In this document: positions 52,481 through 60,000 of the stretch, one piece after another | Position numbering within the stretch: position 1 is the first letter of the stretch | How the letters are laid out: each line of letters begins with the position of its first letter | Source: Callorhinchus milii | Lineage: Eukaryota | Reading direction: 5' to 3' | Assembly (NCBI RefSeq): GCF_018977255.1 | Contig: NW_024704743.1 | Span: 47,990,001 to 48,050,000, forward strand | DNA: 60,000 nucleotides | Notes under the pieces: generated by a model | Databases searched by the model: none | The model's input: only the letters and a program-made list of their open reading frames with translations | What the model was told of the DNA's origin: nothing | Translations under genes and position numbers: made by a program

Positions 52481-55400
52481 CAACATCAAGTCCTCAACCA
52501 CGCTGTCTGTTAATCCGGCTGGGTATCTGTGTCCTCTAATCTGCCAGTGTCCATTTGGACTTTAGCTTCGTGTAACTTGATACTGTCCCAGTGTGTAATA
52601 GACTTGTTGGATATTAACTATCTGATCCCCTTATTTCTTCCATTGTTGAGTGAATAAGATTAGCTGTCTGATCCCTTTATACCGAGGTCCGTCATTTATA
52701 AGATTACTTTTATCCCTGATATTCGTTTCATGTCTTGCGAATGAAATTTATTATCAGTGTGTGATCCCATGTTACTCTGCCAGAGTCCAGGATGTGAGTT
52801 TGGCTGCAATTACTATAGCTCTCTGGTTCAGAATGTTGCGCCACAAAGAAATTGGCTGAACATTAGTCAGTTTGTCCCCTGATGCTCTTTCAGTACTACT
52901 GTGTGAGATTAGCCGGGTATTAGTACCTGACTCCCCTATACTCTTTCGGTGGATGGTGCAAACGATTCGCAGGGTATTTGCTCTGTGGCCCCCTAAAGCT
53001 GCAGTATCTGCTTGAATATGGTGTTGTCCCTCTGGGTCGATTCTAATTGTACACGCTTAATTAATTCCATGTTACAACAGCTGCTGACAGATAAGCAGTG
53101 AAATGGGCACGATTAAGCCTCTTTTTGATGCCACTTTAGATCCCATCCTTGTCTGGTGATCGTGGTAATTGAAATAAATATTTGCATTAGTTGCTAACGA
53201 TGCATTTCAAACAGTTGGAAAGAGAAGCAATACATATATATACATATACGATAAAGACGATTTTGTGTCCTGTGCAGCACAGCAAACACACGAAAGAAAG
53301 TCCGAGACAAGAAATTACAAATTAACACCATGGCAAACTCTTGTGAGGCAATGCATTTTTATATAGTTAGCATTGTTACTTGCGGCATTAAATTATCCGT
53401 AAAATAATTCTTTAGATCCTAAATTAAATCAATAATCCTGCAGCATTGCAGTCCTGGGGTTAAACAGAACGCATCTAAGAATTAGGTACGCCTGAGTTAG
53501 GAATGAGACATGGGTCGCGAAGGGATTTTATGGGGGTGTGGGGGGGTGGGGGGTGGGGGTGCTTTTGCTGTTTTATAAACCCTGCAATTTGATAATGTTT
53601 CTAACACTTCTGTGTTCTAAGCCCCATAACCTCCTTTGGAGCCCCATCATCACTAGCTGTCCTCTTGCTCCCCCTACTGTTCATTCATTGTACTGCACCA
53701 TCATGAAAGCTCTGGCAAAAGCCCTCCCTGTATCGCATTATGGAAGCTCTTTGCATGCAAATTAAGCTGTGCTTGTGGGAGACACCTTTTTTTGGTCCCC
53801 CTTTTTTTTCGTCACTGACAATAATTCCATCGATTTTCTGCAGTTAAATTGAGAGTCACTTTGATTGATGCGCGTATTTAAAAAAATGATCGACTTTTTT
53901 CTTAATTAATTTCATATCGGCATATTACAAGACGCCACTGTTTTCTTAACGGTGCAAGATCCAAATGTACACGATATTCATATTTGCTTAATCCCATTTC
54001 TAAGAAAACGATCAAGATAAATTAGACAACTTGCGACGAACAATGATTAGACAACAAAACAGGGAATTTAGATAGTTTTATTACACATATTGAATAGTAC
54101 TGTGGCGCTTAAGTTAATTTTCAAGGAAATTAAGTATAATTTTAGGAGACATGGTGTAAATTAAGGGGTAGGTTGAGACTTATTTTGTCGACCATTTTGA
54201 GCTATGGAGAAAAACAATGTTATTTTAACTGTATTTACAGAAATCGTACGCGAGTAAAGTGTTGGTGTGCAGAAAGTCATCTTCAATTGCGAAATAAAGC
54301 AAGATATAATCATCTCTGTTTGAATTATTTGAAGTATGTGTGCTTGTCCTAATGATTTTTGCCTTGTAAAATCCACAAGTTGGTTCGGTTGTAATAAATG
54401 GTTGTTTGGGAATCATCCAGTACTGTATTCAATTAGCTCAAGACTCGTGGGCTGCGGAGATTTTTCGCTTTGCGCTTTATTTACACCATAAATAATTTAA
54501 CAAATATACTACATTGTTGGTTCGTAACAAGAAAAAGCTGTCTGAATTACTGCTAACCCCATATTAAGACCGCTACTTCTAACCAGAGGATTTTTGTTAA
54601 GTACAAGTGTCACCTACACAAGACTTTTATAGGATACTAAAGGAAATCAGTCGAAACAGATGGTCCTCATTCTTTAATACTGTATGAAAATTAATGTTAA
54701 CACGATTGCCCCAATCGAATACAAAGCTGAAATATTTTAATTCCATTGATACTGTATATTGACATTAATATCAATAATAAATTACAGCTTTTAGTGCTGG
54801 AGTGCGTTTTATGAGTTGTAATGGTAACAACCACTCAAAAGATTTTTGACTCCCTGGGGTGCAAAGCAATGTGGATATAACCACGCGTTTGAACTACGGC
54901 TCCCTGTTCATTGAATTATATTTTATGAGTGTGAGAAGACAAAATTCGAAAAGACAAAAATTCGCGAATTCACAAACATATGAACAATTAAAGTAGGCGA
55001 TTGCAATGCATGTCTGAAAAGTTCTCGGGGTAAAACGGGTGGAACTCTATTAAATTCAAAAGAACATGAACCCAGGGAAGACCGTCAATTGCATGTGTTA
55101 CGAAGCACCACAAATGTTTTGGCATCATAATTTAGGTGGAGGAAATTTTTTTTTGGGGGGGAGGGGGGGGGGGTTCTGGTGTGCTCGATAGTGCAATAGA
55201 GAACGAGTCAATCCCGGTAACGTGCTCGTCGTTACGTTTAACATTAATTAATGTAAATCAAACACCTTACCGTAGTAGTTGAACGAGTTTCAGCTTGTTA
55301 GCCCTGAGTGTGTTTACCCCTTGCACTCTGGAACAATGTCCATGTCGGTCAGTACACGGAGGTTACAGCCATCCATCAATCGCTGTTTTATTAAAAACAA

Positions 55401-56456
55401 AGGGACGGACTCGCTTTGCATAGTGTCGCGATCAGAAAGAAATTGCTGCAAGAACTATTGCTCAGCATACCTGCTCTAAATTGGCATGAGCTGGTTTAAA
55501 TTGTCACGCTTGAACTGGTATTAAGCATGTTGCCGTTGAGGGCCGTTTTCCTACACTTCTCCCCCTCCCCTCCCCCCCACCAAACACCACACACAATACA
55601 CACATGTGGTTGTGTGGTAATTACACCGCTCGCACATCGTTGTACTTGATTGCACAAGTCAATACAATCGTGGGAGGAAAAATGCAGAACTCCCAACAAT
55701 TTAATAAAATAGTTTCCAAATGGCATTTGAAATAATAGAGATTCTCCATGTGTTGGAATACAATTGTACCAAAATAAACTTTCCATACGTTTGAGGGTGA
55801 AACTGCCTCATTCGCGGAGGGTCACCGAATTTAACGTTATTTAAAAAAATTGGAATGACATCTATCACGCAAATGAATCCAGCCTAAACGTTTACATTCA
55901 ATATGTCAGCTACAACGCTACCGACAGGGTTTTGCTGAAATTGCAGTGCAGTTACCTTGCGTGCATAATGGCCGAGGTTCAAGGTTGCAATTTAACAAAA
56001 AAAATCTGAAAATGTAAGTTACCAGTTTGGACAGAATATAATAGGACCTCAATGTCACGATATAAAATCCTTCCTTTACTATAATATTGGGCATTTAGCT
56101 CAGTACAGCTGTGTTGCCCTGGTAGAGAAGTCTGTACCTTTTTAAGTTCAGGAAAGGCAGTGACTAACTAACTGCTCATGTGAGCCTTAAACTGGACTCT
56201 CCATTTGTTTGCACTTTATTGCTTGGAGACTAAATATTTGTTCTAAAGTCCCATGTAAGTGATTTCGAGCACAGTCTAGGTGCATTGCCAGATGTAATGA
56301 CCAATAAATTTCCAATCTCCCATGCTCATGTACTTAGCTGGACCACAGCCATTTGTCCAGCCATATTTCATATACTCAGCTCCAAAACAGACCGTCCTCC
56401 CCGAGATGATGTAACTTGCAGGATATTGTCCGAAAGGTAATGTCTGTGCATACGTT

Positions 56457-56464
56457 TATAAAAG
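56457..56464 (+). promoter_or_regulatory. Candidate TATA box (TATAAAAG) for the Hox14 pseudogene
   Basis: Consensus TATAAAAG 275 bp upstream of the putative exon-1 ATG, followed by a GC-box-like CCCCCGCCC. Confidence 0.35.
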
Positions 56465-56731
56465 TCTGAGCACCCCCGCCCTTTGATCACAACAGTGTAA
56501 TGGTCTAGCTGGTAAAGGAGCACCGCCTCGGTATCCTTGACACTCAACCAGATTAAAGTTTAATCGGAGGGTTGTGTGCGATTTAACCTTGCTTTTTAAA
56601 CACATGCTCTGTCATAAAATAACCGGTTTGTCCAGGTGAAGACTCCGTTCTCTTTCAATTAGAGTTTTTTTTNGCTATCTGGCACACCATTTTTTTTGAC
56701 TCGCTCAGCTGTGTTAGCTTAAGTCCCCAAA

Positions 56732-57323
56732 ATGTACCGCACTAAGATCATTCAGTGATCTTCGAATACCAGGGCAGTGAATCCAGAGAAGAATGAAGAT
56801 GTGGGATATCTTCCATTAACTCTGCAGGCATCTAGTGGAACAATTGTGTCACTGCAAGGACAAAAGCCTCAACCCTTTGCAATACAAGAATGATCTTCCC
56901 TGGAAATCTGGGATGTACTTTTCCACTGTTTCCTTCCTCGGAGCCTGCAAGACATTATCCTTTCCCTCTGGACGTTTTTACAATGACGCCCTCGGTTTTA
57001 ATCCGAAGTTTTCTGCTTTCGTATAGTTTACTCCAAGCATCAGCATCGGCTGTGAAACACAGTTTACTCTCCAGGGCTCCTTCTCAGATCTGAACTACTC
57101 AGTCATCTTAATACCCAGTTCTGGAAACTCACGGTCCCATGATCTCACTGCTCAAACTCAGTCGAACATAAGGATAACCACTCCTCACTCTGATGACTAT
57201 ACCTCGCACTTCACTCCCGACCCAGGAGCTATTGAACATCCCTCATTTCATAGATCTGCTAAACATTTGCCTATGACACTCATTAAAGCGACAGAGTGCC
57301 ATTTTAAACCGTCCAGTTGTTGA
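56732..57323 (+). pseudogene. Probable decayed exon 1 of the Hox14 pseudogene
   Basis: CAAAATG start, then MYRTKIIQ*SSNTRAVNPEKNEDVGYLPLTLQASSG...QE*, a frameshift, and a 162-codon frame (56835-57320) broken by one TAG (57024). Ser/Pro-rich; FSAF and SRSHDL loosely recall the posterior-Hox EFAFY and SRHE/D motifs. Correct strand and position; donor not identified. Confidence 0.55.
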
Positions 57324-59371
57324 TATAAGGACAATTTCGCAAATTTGAAATTAACCAACTGTGCGTTGTATATTGCAGAAATACTGTATATAATTCTGTC
57401 GTTCTGTCAACAAACAATTAAAACAAAATCCAACATCCATCGGAAGAAAAAAACGATAAAAATAGGTCATTATGGAATTATGTTGTGCATTTATTATATA
57501 AATAAAACACTTTTTGAAGGGGCTCAGAAACATGACTCGACCGCTTTGAAACTAGTTAGCATCCCAGATTTCTGCTTTTCATTGTATCAAACCTAACGTA
57601 TGTTAGGCATTTTACAGTATTGTATAGTAAAGGCGTTATATTAAGTCAGTTGTGTATATTGAAACCTCGTCTCTGTTATGTGATACCTTCGTATTTGATG
57701 CCATTACACTGTGTTCTGTGGCTGAATATTGAGGACTCCTCTTGTGAGACATCGGACAGACTGCGTGGAGCGAAGGGAACAAGCGAGTCTTTGATTAATA
57801 AGTTCATGCATTGCTGATAGTTTTAGGTTTGAGCTTCATAAAATGACTAGAAGAAAGACTTCTACCGAAGGAGCTGAAAAACACTCATGTTGATATCACC
57901 AACAACGAATGACCAAAATAATATCGACAGACTATCATTTTACGTTTACATTTTGTGAGTTCACTGGAAGCATTTAGACGTTTCCTTACTGATTAGGCAA
58001 TTTTATTTTTCTCTTTTAAGCTGTAGGAAGAGAAGATAAACTAATGTTAATAGGCATTAACTTTTCCTACCACATTTATAAACAAAACGTGAAGAGGGCA
58101 TTGAAGACTTTCCGAGGTTGCTGTGAAAGAAGATGTGCAGATGTTATTTTCAATCCCTTTAGACAGCTGAAGTCGGCCACCAAAGGGCTACAGCTTGTTA
58201 AAATATGTCCTGGTCTTAATGATGTGAATTCTACAATGACCGCCATGAATTGAACATAAACGAATCATATTCGTTTCCAAATAATTTTCTCCTGTTACAT
58301 TGGCGGTTCAGCTAAATAAGAATGTACATTCCTGAACAGGTAAAACAAAATGCTTTCCCCCAGGGAAATGTGAAGATCGGATTCGATATTTTGTTAAACT
58401 AAACTACATTGCTAGACATGTGCTATTATACAATTGAAAATACATTGAAGAGATTTCGTACGTGGTTTTTTTTCACTGTATTTATCATTTTCAAGTTTAT
58501 TTGGAATTAAAAAAGACAGTAAATACGGCAACACTGAGACTTAGTGATGTGTTGCACCTCCCATGACATTTTCACTCCAATGTATAACAAACACGGATAA
58601 AAGCAATTCCTTACCAAACATACACTCTTCAATGATGCTGGATACTTAGTATATGAATGGTTATTTAGTAACAGATGCAGGTCCTGGAATTACAAAGAGT
58701 ACTGGATGTAAAGGAATAATGGAACATATATTTGTTAAAACGTGTAATTAAAAGGGGATAAATATTAGAGTTATGTTATCAAGTCCTGTCGAAACCAACA
58801 ATGTGTCTCTGACGTACAAATACAAATGTTTTCATTCATACATGGAAGTGAAGCCTCGACATTGTCCTTTTTTAAATATTCTGAAATGATTTCAACTCGT
58901 GTAGGTGTGAAGCGAATGGGATTCACAGCATTTCACTGGACACCACTTTACCTGTTATTCTATTCAGCATAAAGTCTTATATCGTCGTAAAGTTCATAAT
59001 GTAAGTATGAGTTATGGAGTTTCGGGAACTTTAAAAAAAACTATGAATGTCTCATTAAGAATCTGTCTTTTACAAATCTGAATGTTACACATTTTATCCA
59101 TCTTTTAATGTAGTTGCTGCATTCCAGATGAAGGTCCAACTTACCCAGCATCGATCTTACATCTGTGGAGTTATATAAGCGCATTTGAGGTTTTTGGTTG
59201 CATTTATGGTATATATTTAACTCCGTTGGAGTCTGATAATCTGTAAAGGTTTACATGTCTTATTTTAAAGCGCATGAGCATTTCCACTAGATATAAATAG
59301 AGCTGGGCACCATTACTAATAAATAGAGGATACAGAGTTGAATTAAATTAGGATTATTGATTCGTTAACAG

Positions 59372-59549
59372 CTCTGAGTTTTCAATCCCCCCCGGGTCTG
59401 CCCACCCATACCTCCAGTAGAGTAAGAAAGTAATCACTCATCGCAAACAGTAATTTGCAGCGCTGGAGATAACTTTGAGGAAACTCGGTTTCTATTGTTT
59501 GAAATACAATATCATATTATCGCAAAATTTTGGACTATCACAGCGGCAG
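59372..59549 (+). pseudogene. hoxa14: Hox14 (HoxA14) pseudogene, exon 2 remnant with homeodomain residues 1-44
   Basis: 59418-59549 reads *SKKVITHRKQ*FAALEI-(-1)-FEETRFLLFEIQYHIIAKF(+1)GLSQRQ, exactly 44 positions, then GTAAAG. It resembles the Hox14 homeodomain (QRKKR.PYSK.QI.ELE.AFEENRFLTPEIR..IS.KLGLTERQ, from memory). Candidate acceptor TTAACAG at 59365-59371. Confidence 0.88.
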
Positions 59550-59678
59550 GTAAAGAAAAGGAGATTCACGAAGAATAACTGCACTGACGAGCGACAATAC
59601 CCGAAACACATGATATTGTTTCCCTGGGATTTTGGTGATATTGTTTCTTTTTTTAAAAAAAACTCTTAATCTTAACAG

Positions 59679-59751
59679 GCAATAATGTGGTTTCACCATG
59701 AAGATGGAGAAAGGGTTGATTCACTGCCAGCAATCTAAGCTAACGATTTAA
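59679..59751 (+). pseudogene. hoxa14: Hox14 pseudogene, exon 3 remnant (helix 3 and C-terminus)
   Basis: After CTTAACAG| it reads AIMWFHH (VKIWFQN equivalent, W48 and F49 in register). A net ~5-nt deletion follows, then KMEKGLIHCQQSKLTI*. Confidence 0.8.
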
Positions 59752-60000
59752 ATATGGGCCACAACAGTGAAAGAGGAACCAAACAATGATACTAGTTCAT
59801 GTAAATAATATCATTAAATGTTTGAAGGTGGAATCGAAAATAAACCATTGATTTTGATTTTAAGCAGGAATTTGGCTCATCCTATTTTATCAAGAACGTT
59901 TACATAATCCTATTCATCAATGTGGCAAAACGATTTAATTGACCAAATCAATCTGATTACAATGGGCATTATTAACACTGTTTATATATATATTGGAAAT

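Noticed and set aside
59475..59669. 64-aa ORF as a functional small protein, or an intact Hox13/Hox14 gene
   Set aside because: It reads through the frameshifted homeobox and intron of the pseudogene; the homeodomain has stops and lacks N51.
1..60000. CRISPR arrays, operons or prokaryotic defence systems
   Set aside because: No regularly spaced repeat-spacer arrays or operon-like gene density; the sequence is spliceosomal vertebrate DNA.

Overview
Vertebrate genomic DNA, not prokaryotic. The gene content and repeat families point to a cartilaginous fish, most likely a chimaera such as the elephant shark (inference). The window covers the posterior (5') flank of a HoxA cluster. The only intact protein-coding gene is a three-exon Evx1 on the minus strand (CDS 19129-18745, 17587-17355, 15950-15417; 383 aa), inside a repeat-poor, CpG-retaining block (~9.3-21.3 kb) with several candidate enhancers. 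About 21.3-52.5 kb is dense in L2 and CR1 LINE fragments, tRNA-derived SINEs sharing the L2 3' tail, an unclassified ~1 kb repeat in three copies and a decayed 28S rRNA fragment. A second repeat-poor block starts at ~52.5 kb. It holds a plus-strand paralogue-group-14 Hox pseudogene (HoxA14): a split homeobox (59418-59549, a 129-nt GT-AG intron, then 59679-59751) with stops and frameshifts, plus a probable decayed exon 1 (~56732-57323) behind a TATA box. HoxA13 is expected beyond the right edge. Nearly all other ORFs in the track are transposon fragments or chance ORFs. I found no novel multi-gene system; the Hox14 pseudogene is the strongest hidden signal.
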